This document shows, in pieces, positions 26,031 to 39,174 of a stretch of 64,000 nt of DNA (positions within the stretch are counted from its first letter, which is position 1; every line of letters starts with the position of its first letter). The notes beneath the pieces were generated by a model that did not search any database, was not told where the DNA came from, and was given only the letters and a program-made list of their open reading frames with translations. The stretch is from Lama guanicoe (Eukaryota). The stretch is taken from assembly GCA_013239625.1 (NCBI GenBank), contig MU053810.1, positions 434,001 to 498,000 of the forward strand. Reading direction: 5' to 3'. The position numbers were made by a program, and so were the translations under genes.

Positions 26031-28089
26031 TAGTAGTAGTAGTACTACCATGATGCTATCGAGTGAAAATATTTTGATCATTTTATCGTTTGTTTCACTC
26101 TTCTAAAATCCCTGCCAGCACTATGTGATCGTAGTGGAAAGGGTCTTTTCAAAGAATTCTTTCCAAGGCAGAAGGCAAAGCTTTGGACCTCTAACACAGA
26201 CCCATTCCCAGGCTCATGGCGAACGTGGCCAGAGTCCAAGAGGTGGTTCTGCAGGAGTTCCAGGTCTCTCTGGCGCCGTAAGGCAAGTCCCCATACTGGC
26301 CAGAGGTGGAACTACCCACAGTCATCCCCAAACAGCGCCGGCCACAGCAGGAGCCCCTCAGTGAAGTCACAGCTCAAGAGCTGAGCAGCCTGGCCACTGC
26401 AGAGGCGTGGCTGCAAGGCTCTCCCCGGAGCAGGAGGCAGACAGTCAGAGGAGGCTGCATCCATCTGCCCAGAGGCTGCAGGCAGAGGGTCCAGCGCAAG
26501 GGGCTCCGTGGCGCCATGCAAAGGAATGCATTTTCACACGACAGCCACGTCATCAGCCTCAGGACTACCAGCAAGGACACGCTTCTTGTTCCTTGGCAAC
26601 TTGAGCATCTCAGAGCCACGATCCCTAAACCTGAATAAACCTCATTGGTAATTTCCTAGAGTTCTGATCAAACCTCACCCCTTTATCCGGCCACGCCAAG
26701 AGGCAGCCCCAAAACCCTCTATGAAAAGGCTAAGTCCCTTCCATTTTCCTTCCAACAAAGATAGAAAGTCTATACCTCCAGGAGCTCTCCCTGAAGTGGT
26801 GCACAACAGCTGTGGAACCCTACTCTCATCCTCGGCAAGAGTGCGCTCCCAGGGTCAGAAGCATGGCAGGGATGCCAGCCTCCACAACTTGGCTGTGGGG
26901 GGACCCGCTGCAGATATCGGGGTAGGGGGTAGAAAATGATCCAGCAACTCAGTGGACCCTGCATATGGAGCACAAAACAATCTAGGTTTGAAAATGCTGT
27001 TCTGGAAAAGCAACCAAGCACAAGGGCAAGTAAAAGGAGGAGGAAGAAGACAAGAAAGAACACACTGATTTATCTTAGGGAACACCTTCTCTATCTCTTC
27101 CCAGCCTAATGAACACCTCCATGAACCCCTGCAAAAGGTTCAGTTCATATAGCGCATATGTGTGTGAATGTATATGCTGACAGATACAGATCACGTGAGG
27201 GAAGAAAAATAACTCGAACTTCAGACTCTTCCAGCTGCGCCCGATTCTCTCACTAACAGCCTCCCTACCTATTCTGAGGTGCTCCAAAGCAAACCAAACA
27301 AAAACCAACGCATAGACAGAAGGAGAACAGCAGCTGAGCCGGGCAGCACCTGCTTGAAGCCTTCCTGCCATCGACTTCTGATTCTTTCTGCCTTCTCAAG
27401 ACGCAGCCACCAGCCTTGGACTAAATACAGCCCTGGAGAGAAACGGCCTGTGCCGCGACTCTCGCAGACCCTCCCTGGGAGACACGCACCCCCCGCGTGA
27501 GCGGCTGAGCCTCGTGAAACGGACAGACCCTCAGGACAGGCTCTGCCCGCACGTGACCCTGAACACTGCGAAATTCCTCCCTTCTCTAACCGCGCGGCCA
27601 CCCAAAGTCTTGCCTACACCTAGTACGTGCAGATGTCAGTTCTGTAAGAACGTATGCTGGAAGGGCAGAAATGGGGATGCCCGGAGCCCGATTTTCTCCT
27701 GCCGGTTTCTCTCGCCCACATGATGCGCCCATGCACACGGTGAGTAGACGCAAGCTGCCAGCAAGCAGGAATATCCACCATGCTTAGCCCACAGTCAGGC
27801 GTGGGGAGAAGTCGAGAGGGCGGCGGTGTCAGGGAAGTGGCAAATCGCCCGCCTGCGACTGTGCCCGAAAGCCCAGAGCCTCCCTCGCCCTGGAGCGGCG
27901 CCCACCCGGGCCGCGGGCTCTCCCACGCGGTTGGCAAGCGGGGGGCTCCGCAGAGCCGGTAACCGGACAATGAGGACGCGGCGACCCGCCGGTTCCTGCC
28001 GCTGTGGCGGCGGCGGCAGTGGCAGCCGGAGCCACCTCTGCACCTGGGGCCGCTGCCACCCCCACCGTCTTTTCCCCGGTTCCTACTTA

Positions 28090-28540
<451 letters not shown>

Positions 28541-30271
28541 CTCCCTTCTCCTCCCTCCCCGCCGCCCGCCCTGCTCCCTCCTCCTCCTCCTCCCGCGGCC
28601 TCCCCGCCCTCCCCCCGCGCCCGGGCCGCCTCCCGCCTCCCCGCCTCCCGCGCGCTGCCGCCTTCGGGGATGTCCTGCTTCCTGGGGGCGCCGCGCCCCG
28701 GCCGCGGGAGCACCGCCGTCGCCGCCTGGCCACGCTCCCCGCCGCCGCGCGCGCCCCGAAGCCCGAGAGAGGGCAGGTGCGGAGGACCTGGGCAGGTGGG
28801 AGCGCCCAGCCGCGAGCTGGAGGACCCCGGTTCCCCCGGGCTGCTTTAATTCTGCAGTCAAGTCTCCGGGGCGCGTGGGCTTTCCTCCCCGGCGGCGGGA
28901 GGGGGCGCCTCTGCGCTGCGCTCGGACGCGGCGGGGCGGGGACGGGGGTGCGAGGCCGCGCGCGGAGGGAGGGGGAGTCTTCCCCGGGCTTCCCGGCGCG
29001 GGGTCGGGCGGGCGGGGGCCGGTTGTTATGGCGACGGGAGGCGGCGGCGGGGATGCTGGCGGAGGTGGGCGTAGACTCAAGCTCCACGGTGCTGGCCCGC
29101 GGCTGGCGCTCCCCGAGCCTGCCTGGCCCTCCCGACTCGGCGACTGGAGCTGATTCGCATTGCACCAAAATCGGCTCCCAGCGTCCAATTACGGCCGGGG
29201 GAGGGGGCCTCGCAGTGAGGAGGGAGCAGGGGAGCCCCAAAGCCTCGAGGCCCGGGAGGCTCTGGACGTGCCAGGCGCTGCCTCATTTTCCTTTTGGGAG
29301 CTTAACTCCCGGGGTTATTTGGCTGCCGGGCGGCGGGTGGATTAGCTGCCGGGCTCCGTGCGCTGCTCAGGCTGCCCCAGTCCCCGGGCAGGGGCGGCCG
29401 GCGGGCCTGGGCGGGCGTTGGCCGGCCTCTGCTCCAGCATGGCCTCTCCTGGTCTCTCTCTCCCCGCCGGCCAAAACCCAGAGACTTAGACCCACATCCT
29501 CCTGAACAGGAGGGCCGCCCCTCCTAAGCCCAGCCACAGCGGGTTTAGTGGGGAACCCTGTCCTGGGGCAGGTACCTGGTAGCATCCTTTCCTACAGGCT
29601 GGAGAAACGCACCCAGAGCTCCCTCTGGCCTCCCATCTCGAAGGTGTACTCTGACTGTCCATCCATCTCCCATGTCCACGTGTCAGAAGGTGAGCCACGT
29701 GCGGATCCCCATCCCCAACCTGCAAGAACTATCAAAAAATTACAGTTTTCTTTGTATCAAGACTGTCACTCCCTGAGGGCCCCTCAGCTGAGTTGGGCAA
29801 ACAGTCCTGTCTCTTGCTTGGTGACACCTGCCCCATTTTCCCAGGACTATTCCAATTTCACTGTAGAAGAGGGGAAAAAAATCCTACTCCCTGAAAAGGA
29901 AACTTACCCAGCACCTTCTTCCTCGCTCTGACAGACTGGACGCAGGCCGACTGCCCTCTCCAAAGCCAGTGGAAGCCATCTAGGCCCAGTGCCCTCCCTC
30001 CACCTCTTCCCCTCCCTCCACCCCTTCCCCAACCCCAAGGAAGTCTGAAGATTACCTGGCCTCCCTGTTCCTCCACACCTGCCTGCTGGATTCCGTCTTT
30101 CAGGGGCTGTTGGCTTAAGGCTCTCCAGGCTGAGGAGAGCAAATGGGGGTCTGGCTGTTAGAAACACACTAAATCGACAAACCCGGCTTCCAATGTGGAT
30201 TACTAGGGAACGTCTCTCAAAGTTGGGACACATCGCCAAAGGCAAACAGCACCACTTCAATAAGAAATAGT

Positions 30272-30358
30272 GGGGTGGGTTTAGTTCAGCAGTAGAGCAT
30301 GTGCTTAGCGTGCAAAAGTCCTGGGTTCAATCCCTAGTACCTCCATTAAAAAAAAAGA
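30272..30358 (+). mobile_element. Vic-1-like SINE, short form
   Basis: ggggtgggtttagttcagcagtagagcatgtgcttagc...ctgggttcaatccctagtacctcc + poly(A); aagaaata on both flanks. Confidence 0.87.
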
Positions 30359-31535
30359 AGAAGAAATATATTTGAAGATCTAGAATATCGTTTACTGGGG
30401 TCAAAGGTCAGGCAATATGAAGAGTAGGAACCAGGCATGATTAACATCCCTGCCCACACTCTCCCATGCCCCATCCTGTGCATCTTCTCATCCTTTTTTC
30501 CCCTCCTTCCCTTCCTCTCACTCCTTATCCAGTTCTTTCCTCTCTATTTCAGCCTTGCTTCTTGCCCAGAGATGAGCCTCCAGAGCTCATAACAACAATT
30601 CTCGATCTCAACTTGTGTCCCCAGAACTAAAGAAGTGGTGTTAGTGTCTATTTTCCTCCTTTCAAAGGTACATCGTTTTCCAGGAGGAGGAAAGGTGAAG
30701 TGAAAGCAGAAGAGGGTGCACGTGGCTCTGTGGCCACCACTTCACCCACCAGCCCGTAAGGTCCATGAGCACAAGGAACTTATTGCCTCTTGTACCACTT
30801 TATCCCCAGTACCCAGCACAGTAACTAACACATAGTAGCGGATGCATGAATGGGTGTTGCAGGGATAAAGAAACAGAATTAGGACAGCTATGTGGTATTT
30901 GTTGTACTGGTGGAAGTGCCATGGGGAGTTTTCTTTCTCTCCCACGTTGCCCATTATGCTGTTCATTCAGCATTATCAAGTTCCCCTCAGCTGGACTAGG
31001 TCCTGGAGAAAAGACCCAAACGCTGAATGGGGAGTTGATGAGGCCAAGTCCCAAAGGATGGATCCCATCACCCAAAAAGGAAGTGGAAATACCAAAGACA
31101 AATTCAGCCTGGCTTTAGTGTGGTCATTCCTCCCTTACTGGACACCGTGTGTAATAAGAGATCTTGATCCTGGAAACTGCACTAGAAAACAAAACCACCA
31201 CTCCCGAAGAACGGTTAAACTCTACCCCGGAAGTGGCCGCATGCTGTTCACCTGGGGACCCTTGCTTGTACTGTCCTCCAGTACCTGCCCATTCCCTCCA
31301 GCCTGCTCTGCTTTCTAGAGGAACAGATGATGGCTGCCTAGCTCCTCCTTCCACCCCATTGTCAATTAGCTGTTACCTGTCAGCCAAAAGCTGTGTGTTC
31401 CCTAACAATTCTACTCCAGGAAGCTATGCCAGATATTCCAGATCACTAAAGTTTAGGTCCCAAGTCTTTATATTTCCTTTAAGCCCTTAAAAATTTTATT
31501 ACAGAACCCAAAGTGGAGGTTGCTTAATAACCCAC

Positions 31536-31922
31536 TGTTGGGCTGCACCCCACAGGCCCACAAGGCCTGTCCTTGCCCAGCTTCAAGACTGAAGAAAGAA
31601 CCCCGAGTTAGCAACAGAGGCATCAGTGTTTTAATGGACAGGGGAGCTTACACGTCTGAAGCAAGGCCCTGGAGAGATACCCCACCATGTGAGGTGGTCA
31701 GCGGGAGGACATGGCAGCAGTCTTCACTCCGGAGGGGTGGGGTGGATTACCAGTTATAGGGGAGTTCTGATCTAAAACTAGAACAATCATAATCACTGGG
31801 GCCTGGGGCAAGTACATAGGAAGATCAGTCAGGAGAGTAGGATACAGGTGAAGGTGGCCCTGGTCCAGCAGAGGACGCACAGGGAGCAAGAGAACAGCCA
31901 TCTTGAGTGGCCTGACCGTACA
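31536..31922 (-). mobile_element. ERV solo LTR (~387 bp)
   Basis: TG...CA ends with 5-bp flanks cccac/cccat; minus-strand TATAA ~31754-31758 and ATTAAA ~31630 in LTR order. Confidence 0.7.
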
Positions 31923-32641
31923 CCCATCATTAAAGAGTTACTAATTTTATGCCCATCAAACTCTTTTCCAACCAACTATCCTGCCAACAGATCAGGTTTG
32001 TGTGGCCCAGGTTCAGACCTGGACAGGTGGTGGAGGGAGATATACACTATCTAAAGCAAATGCATAGGTTACAATTGAAAATGTCTCAATTGCCTCTATT
32101 CTACCTTTAATGCCTAAAATGATAAACCAGGAAGGCAGGCTGGGGTGGTAGAGAGAACTAGAAGTCTAGAAATCTGGGAAACTAGGCTTAAGTCTCAAGT
32201 CTGCTGCTAAGTCTGGTTTAAGACACTTTACCTAGCTGAGCCTATAAAATCCAGATTGTAAGAGGGAGAGTGGTATATAAACTCGATGGTTTTAGGATTT
32301 GTAAATCAGTGTGTTTTCTTCATATGATGAAAAGCTTATCCAAAATATCATTCCTCCTTGAAAACTTAAGAACATTTTGGTCTAAAAATGCATTGATCAT
32401 AAATGTTTTATTAGGTGACCTCATATAGCCCTATATGAACACCTTGGTTAAATCTCAACAAGAAATACTGAAAGGAAAAATGTTTTCTTATTTAAAGTTG
32501 GGCATATCATCTCCATCAAATGGATGGTTTGACAACACTCTGATGTTAGAGACCTCACAAATCCTGCAAAAGTTATGCTACCTTAAATTGTATACATAGT
32601 TTCTAGAAATAGTTAAGACTTGCTTAGCCATATTTCCCATA

Positions 32642-32916
32642 AAGGCACACATCAGAGATACTGCAGGTTTGGTTCCAGACCGTCACAATAAAACAAATGT
32701 TGCAGCAAAGCGGGTCACTCAATATTTTTGTTTTCCCAGTGCATGTAGAAGTTATGTTTACACTATACTGTTGTCTGTTACGTGTGTAATAGCATATGTC
32801 TAAAAAAAAATGTATGCACCTTCATTAAAAACTAATACTGTTGGACTAGTTACAGTAGCCAAGACATGGAAGCAACCTAAGTGTCCATTGACAGATGAAT
32901 GGATAAAGATGATGCG

Positions 32917-32955
<39 letters not shown>

Positions 32956-33233
32956 GGAATACTAATCAGCCATAAAAAAGCATGAAATAATGCCATGTGT
33001 AGCAACATGGATGGACCTATATATACACACACACATGTATATAACTGAATCATTTTGCTGTACACCAGAAACTAACAACATTGTAATCAACTGTATTTCA
33101 GTTTTTATAATAAAATAAAATAATGCTGTTAGAAAAATGGCACAGATAGACTTGCTTGACACAGGGTACCCACACACCATCAATTTATAAAAAACTCAAT
33201 AACTGTGAAGCACAATAAAACAAGGAGTGCCTG
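32642..33233. mobile_element. Internally deleted Tigger1-type DNA transposon with nested L1 (~32845-33120)
   Basis: Both Tigger1 ends present (agatactgcaggtttggttccagacc...; ...caataaaacaaggagtgcctg-ta); nested L1 flanked by taatactgttgga / taatgctgttaga. Confidence 0.8.
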
Positions 33234-34250
33234 TATACTGATGATCAGCATAGGTTGTGGACATTGTACATGATAATCACACTACAGAAAAAGCATAGCT
33301 GAATGAGGAATCACGCATAATTTCCACCATTGCAGAAAGCAGTCCAGCAGGGAGGCAGGGTCGAGAAGAGAGACTCGGAGATTTTGTTTCAGCTCTCTAT
33401 TCAAAGAGCTAAAGACAAAACGAGCCTCAGTCAAAAACCTGGGTCACAAAGAACCTGAGCCTGATACAAAAACAGTCCAGCTAGGCTGGAAAATGTCCAA
33501 GGTCCCCTCCTTGCCGTGAGCCTCTTGCAAATAGCTGTTCATGGAGAAACTCGTCTAGTTCAGATGAGAAATCAGGGTAGAACCAGCACAACATTTTTAC
33601 AGAAGTCCTCCAATTGAAAAAAGAGAGAGAAGGAATAGGAAGAACAACAGAAGTGAAGATTCAACACAAGAAAAAAATTGCTCTAGAATAGATTAAAATT
33701 GTGTTCAGACATATCAAAAAAAATTTTTAATTGTCTATAACAAGAATTTGCTCAGCAAAGATAGGGCAGGACAACTAGAGGAGTTAGCTGGACAGCTCAG
33801 GAAAGGATCAGGAAACAGAATAAAGCCACCATAGATAGGAAGACTACATTGGAAATGGCACAAAGAAAACTGATTTTTAAAAATAACCTTTTAAGGGATA
33901 TAGAAAACATATCAAGAACAGTGAGAAAATAAAATGGAAAGGAGCAAAGACTAGCAAGATAATTATATGAAACACAAAGGAAGTTCACTATAGTCATAAA
34001 TGGCATTCCTTCTGAAGAGATGGAAATAATGAACAAAATATATTTTAATTAAAAGATTATGAAAAAGAATATATATGTATAACTGAATCACTACGCTGTA
34101 CACCAGAAACTAACACAACATTGTAAATCAACTATACTTCAATTAAAAATTATTTAAAGATGTTATTCAAGAAAACTTTCCAGAAATGAAGACAGACCTT
34201 AATCTACAGATTGAAGGGGTACATCATGTATCAGAAAATATATGGATGAT

Positions 34251-34354
34251 GTGCTCGCTTCAGCAGCACAGATACTAAAATTGGAATGATTTAGAGATTA
34301 GCATGGCCCCTGTGCAAGGATGGCACTGAAATTCGTGAAGCATTCCATATTTTT
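34251..34354 (+). pseudogene. U6 snRNA retrocopy (5' part of a U6-L1 chimera)
   Basis: gtgctcgcttcagcagcacagatactaaaattggaatgat...tagcatggcccctgtgcaaggatg...aaattcgtgaagcattccatattttt matches full-length U6. It shows CpG decay and a destroyed ACAGAGA box, so is non-functional. Confidence 0.96.
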
Positions 34355-34784
34355 CCATTTGCAGCGATATGGGTGGACCTGTAGATGGTCATTCTAAGTG
34401 AAGTAAGCCAGAAAGAAAAATACCATATGATAGCACTTATATGTGGAATCTGGAAAAAAAAAAAAAAGACAAACGAACTTATTTACAAAACAGAAACAGA
34501 CTCACAGACAGAAAACGCACTTATGGTTACCAGGGGGAAAAGGGGGTGGGAAGGAATAAATTGGGAGTTCCAGATTTGCAGATACAAACTGATATATATA
34601 AAACAGATAAGCAACAAGTTCCTACTGTACAGCACAGGGAACTATATTCAGTATCTTGTAGTAACTTATGGTGAAAAATAACACGAAAACGAATATATGT
34701 ATGTTCGTGTATGACTGAAGTATGATGCTGTACACCAGAAATTGACACAACATTGTAAACTAAATTGTAAATTGAAAAATAAAA
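34355..34784 (+). mobile_element. LINE-1 3' end fused to U6
   Basis: Starts ccatttgcagc..., collinear with the L1 at ~62591-63000, A-rich tail. The 18-bp TSD agaaaatatatggatgat at 34233-34250 and 34785-34802 encloses U6 plus L1. Confidence 0.95.
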
Positions 34785-37700
34785 AGAAAATATATGGATG
34801 ATCATCAGTATCAAGACTTGTCCTAGTAAAACTACTTATCTCTAAATAAATAGTCCTTTGGTCTTCTCAGGGAAAAAAAAATCAAGTTATATGTGATGGG
34901 GAAAAAATTATACCAGCCTTTCATCGACTTCTAAAGCTACATTCAGTGATAGAGGCCATGTTTATAAAGTCCCTAAGAAAATTAATTGTGATGTAAGAAT
35001 TTCATAATAATAGTTAACACTTAACCAAGTTCATATCATGTATCAGACCCTGTTCGAACTGCTTTACCATATTTCCTTATCAATCCTCACATCAATTCCA
35101 GGCAGTAGGTAACATTGCTATTCCTATTATGTAGTGGAGGAGACCAAGATTTGGAAGTTAAGAAACACACCACAGGGCACACAGCACAGATGAATAAAAC
35201 CCAAGCAGCCTGGCTCCTGAGCCCTGCCCTTAACTGTCACACTGTGATCCCTCTGTCAAAGTGTCATTTAAAAGGCATCAAACACTGAGAAGCTGTTACT
35301 GAAAGAGGATGGATGTTGAGCAGGCAAAGGTGATAGGTGTCCCCCATAGTGTAAAAGTCACCTTTTTAGTAAAGAAAAGAGGAGAATGATAGCTGTTCAA
35401 AACCCAAATTGGACAATCAAATGACTGCCCCATCCACAAATGTATCTTTGTATGTTTGTTTTTTGAGCTTCTTTTTTTTCAACCCCCCAGGGACCTTTAA
35501 GTGAACACACCCGCTTGGATCTCTACCTAGTGGACAGAACCTTTTTCTGTCTACCTTAGACCTGAAACAAGCGTCAGGCTTTCTCAATGTTCTCCCAGAC
35601 CTGGACCCTGCTTCTTCTACAGCTGACATTGAAACACAGTCTTGTCAGTTCGTGTTAGAATAAAGAGTCTATTCTTAACTCAAGGAAGTGCATCTGGCAA
35701 TACGCATAAAATCCAGGACACTGAGCACAGTAAGTGTGCTTCCTCTTATCTGGGGAACCAGGCCGAAACCAAAACGGCACCTCCCCTGGTTTTCTACCCT
35801 GAACGTGATCTACAACAGACATTGAGATAGATTCTCATCAATTTATATTTCAACTTAACAGTATATTCCAAACAGCGGCGAGAGGTACCTTGAATGATGT
35901 ACGTAGATGCATTTACAGAATTTGAGGTCATTTAGTCAATAAATAAGCTGTAAGCCAGGCCTACACAACCAACCACAATGGCCTCAAAAAACTGCCCATA
36001 AAGTTTGATTTTCTCCAAAACCTCAAATCTTTTAAAAAATCTTTTCCTGTAAAAATGAGTGATTATCAAAAGATGGGAGCCTAATTGTAAGACATTCTCT
36101 CTTCCTCTTCAGCAGTTTGAGCCACAAGCATTTTTGAAATGATAGTCACTTAAATAATGCTGAAGGAGAGAAGTCAGTCTTAACAGATATCTTCCAATAT
36201 TTGGTAAATTACCACTGCTGGTGTATCAGGGCATCGGGACAATGGATGGTAACACCAGTGAGCTGACCTGAACTGTGTCCATCGACTGTTCTGAGTGCCT
36301 TAATTTCTCTGTGAGACATTTGTTGAGCTGGGACTTTTAAATAGACACTTTGGACAGAAAAAAGAACGAAATTAAGTTCATGCCCTCAAGATGTTTGACA
36401 TCTACGAGACAAAGACAGATGTGTAAACAGGAAGTAAAGATAAAACGTGATTGAGGCTATCATGGCGGTTTGCACAGAGAGTGGTGGGGAAGCTCAGATT
36501 AGAAAGGGTCTGACTTCTTGGAGGTGTCAGAAGAGACTTCACTGAAAGGAAGACTTTTAAACTGGGTCTGGACAGATCAGTAAGATTTTGCCAAGGAGAG
36601 AATTTGGGGTGAAGTCCTAAATATGTGCCGAGTCTGGACTGATTAGCCAGGGTCCTACAATGCAACTACTCTTGGGGCATCTCTGTGGGCGTGAGTCTCA
36701 GAGACAGTCAGGGGCATCACGGAATCTTAACTCCAGCGCCCTAGAGCTGTGGGCCTGGAGTCCGGTTACTGGTGAATGGGAGGGTACACCATGCAAAATT
36801 GACTTTGCAAACAGCCTGATGCAGGAAATAAGCCAAAAAGTCATCAGGTTTGTCAGTCGGTCTGGTGAGAGTTGTTCACAAGCTCAGACTCTTCCCTTTG
36901 GGCTACAAATAGCAAAACAATGGAGTGGGCACAGCACTTTCAAACACAACTGGTGTGAAAGGCATCCCACTTGTTCCAATGTTGGTGCACTGAATACAGA
37001 GTACAAACCAGAGCAAGATGTGGTGCAGTAAGAAAGAACCCAGGTCTCGTCTGATATCTAACCCATTCCTTGACCTCAGGCATTTTCCAATCCTTTCTTC
37101 AGCTGAGGGTACCATACAGGGATGAAGTAACACCAGCCAAGCACTGTGGACTTCTCAGAAGAAAGGCAGGAGGTGCACAGAAGATATGAATAGTATGCAT
37201 TTTTTTAAAAATAGCTGTCACATCTGGCTTTTTGGCTTTTTGCCTGGACTATAAAATGAATAGTTTAAAAAGAAAAAACATCGTACCAAAAACACACCCA
37301 CCCACCAGACTTCCCCTGGATGGCTGCATTTTATAGTCAATGTCCACAATCTTGGGATGTCTTGGATTCTTGTTTCTGGCAGGGGTTTTCTTGCTAAAGA
37401 AAACCTCCCCGGGTCCGGCTAATATCTTATTCTCTAAGAGTGTGTTGGCAGTGTGGCCATTAACTCTTCAAAATCAAAACTTAAAAAAAAAAGTCTGTAA
37501 CGAGCAACACATCAGTATTTATGTTTAAACCATAGACCTATCAGTGGAGAGCAGTGTTTTTTATAAAAGCAAATGACTTGTTGAATTTTTTCAAAAGGAT
37601 GTGCTCCTTCAAGGTGACACAGTGCCCCTGTGGGCCACTGTGGTCCTATTTCTCCAAAGTGTTTCTAGAAACAGAGGAAAGTGGGGCAAAAATATTCACC

Positions 37701-39141
37701 AGAAAGTTATTGGGCAAAAAATAATTTAAAATGTCTCTCTGCATTCCTGGCCCAGCTGCTCTTTCCAGAGTTCATGGTGGAATGTATACCCCAGATGGAC
37801 ATAAAGCAGACGGTGGGATTACTAGGGTGTTAGCTACACAGAATGTCAGCTCCTCTACCTCCTGAAACTGCTGGCCTAGAACTGGCACGTGAAGGAAGGA
37901 TGTTTAAATTACCAGCCACGAGAAGAGCCTTTCTTCTACTTGAATTGACACAGGAAGTAAGAAGGGCGCCAAGTACGGAACGTGGGCCCGAATGCCCCGG
38001 AACGCCCCTCCTTCCCCAATCGCTACCCTCCCTGGAGAGGCCCAGACTTCCAAATCTCAGACAGCACGGCGGTTCCCTCAAGGTTAACAATGCTGTTTCC
38101 CGTGGAACCAGCCAGAAACAACACTGGAAGTGGGTTTATTTTTACCCCAGGCTTTGTCATCCATCATTATTGAAAAACTAAGAGACAGGTTTTGGCTGAC
38201 TATCCTGTGGAATATTCGAGATCTCTGTGCAGGATCTGGCCCTCTGTCTGCCATATTTATCTTATCTGGAGTGGCCGCCTTCCTCTCCCTGCCAAGGTTC
38301 CTCATTAGCAAGATATCTGTATCCGAAGCAAGAGGCTGTCTCTCTTGGTCAAGCGCCACAGAGATTCTATGATGACATCACAGTGCAGCCCTGTGATCTC
38401 ACAGCTTCTTTCATGGAAACAAATCCGTGGTATCTTAGACGATGCAGTATACTTAACCAGAAGGGTGGGGGGATCGAGTCCAGAGCTCTCTTGCAGATTT
38501 CTTCCACGCGGACACAACAGCTCAAACTTGCTTTACTGAAGGGCCTTCTCTCTGGATTCAGCCATATTTCATGGCTGGAGGGAGGGTATCTTTTCTTTGG
38601 TCCCCAAGATGGAAATTATTTTATCTGCTGGCGTGATGCCTTCTTGAACCACAGACCCAGCTGTGAGATGCCTGCATGACTCCCCCGATCTTCCCCATTA
38701 CACTCAAACTAGTCACTCCTGGTTTTCAGAGTCCTCTGTGCATGGAACTGGGCATCCATCTCCTTCCTCATCTTCCTTTCCAGTCAAGCAAACTTGATTG
38801 GAACCTCACGGAGCAAATTCAGAATGACTTAGAAATCAGTGACTGCATGCCCCAAACTAGTCCCTTTGCTCTCTTGTTTCCATATTTAATTTCCAGCTCC
38901 TTCCTATTTCCAGCTGATTTTTCCCAAGCACCACACTGCTCATTGCCTGCACTTCTCAAACCTGACAAATACTCCTTGAAGTATTTTTTCACCAAAGGGA
39001 ATGCGTCTATGCGGAAAAGAATGGAGCCCGCAGTTCAGTTCTATTCGAAAGCAAAACCTCCTAGGTTATACTGCCTCTAAGCAAGTCAGTAATTGAAAGG
39101 AGGGCTTTGGGGGAAGCCAAGGGTCACCATCCACAACCTTT

Positions 39142-39174
39142 CCATGACATGACATGACATGACATGACATGACA
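39142..39174. repeat. (CATGA)n pentanucleotide microsatellite, ~6 units
   Basis: ccatgacatgacatgacatgacatgacatgaca. Confidence 0.95.

Larger units (their letters stand above)
33600..35000 (+). mobile_element. Ancient L1M ORF1-region debris hosting the U6-L1 insertion and a short L1 tail (~34060-34150)
   Basis: A-rich; caagaaaactttccagaaatgaag...aatctacagattgaagggg resembles the ORF1 ENFPE...LQIE segment; continues after 34802. Confidence 0.6.

Noticed and set aside
34251..34354. Functional U6 gene
   Set aside because: ACAGAGA box disrupted, CpG decay, fused to L1 within a TSD, and no snRNA promoter context.
38345..38539. ORF with IRGILDDAVYLTRRVG...NLLY, faintly like the CAMK1 kinase segment IRQVLDAVYYLHRMG
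   Set aside because: No HRDLKPEN, wrong spacing, opposite strand and upstream of the gene; treated as chance. TBLASTN with CAMK1D would settle it.
39142..39174. (CATGA)n as a tandem p53 response element or CRISPR-like array
   Set aside because: Does not fit RRRCWWGYYY and has no spacers; a simple microsatellite.
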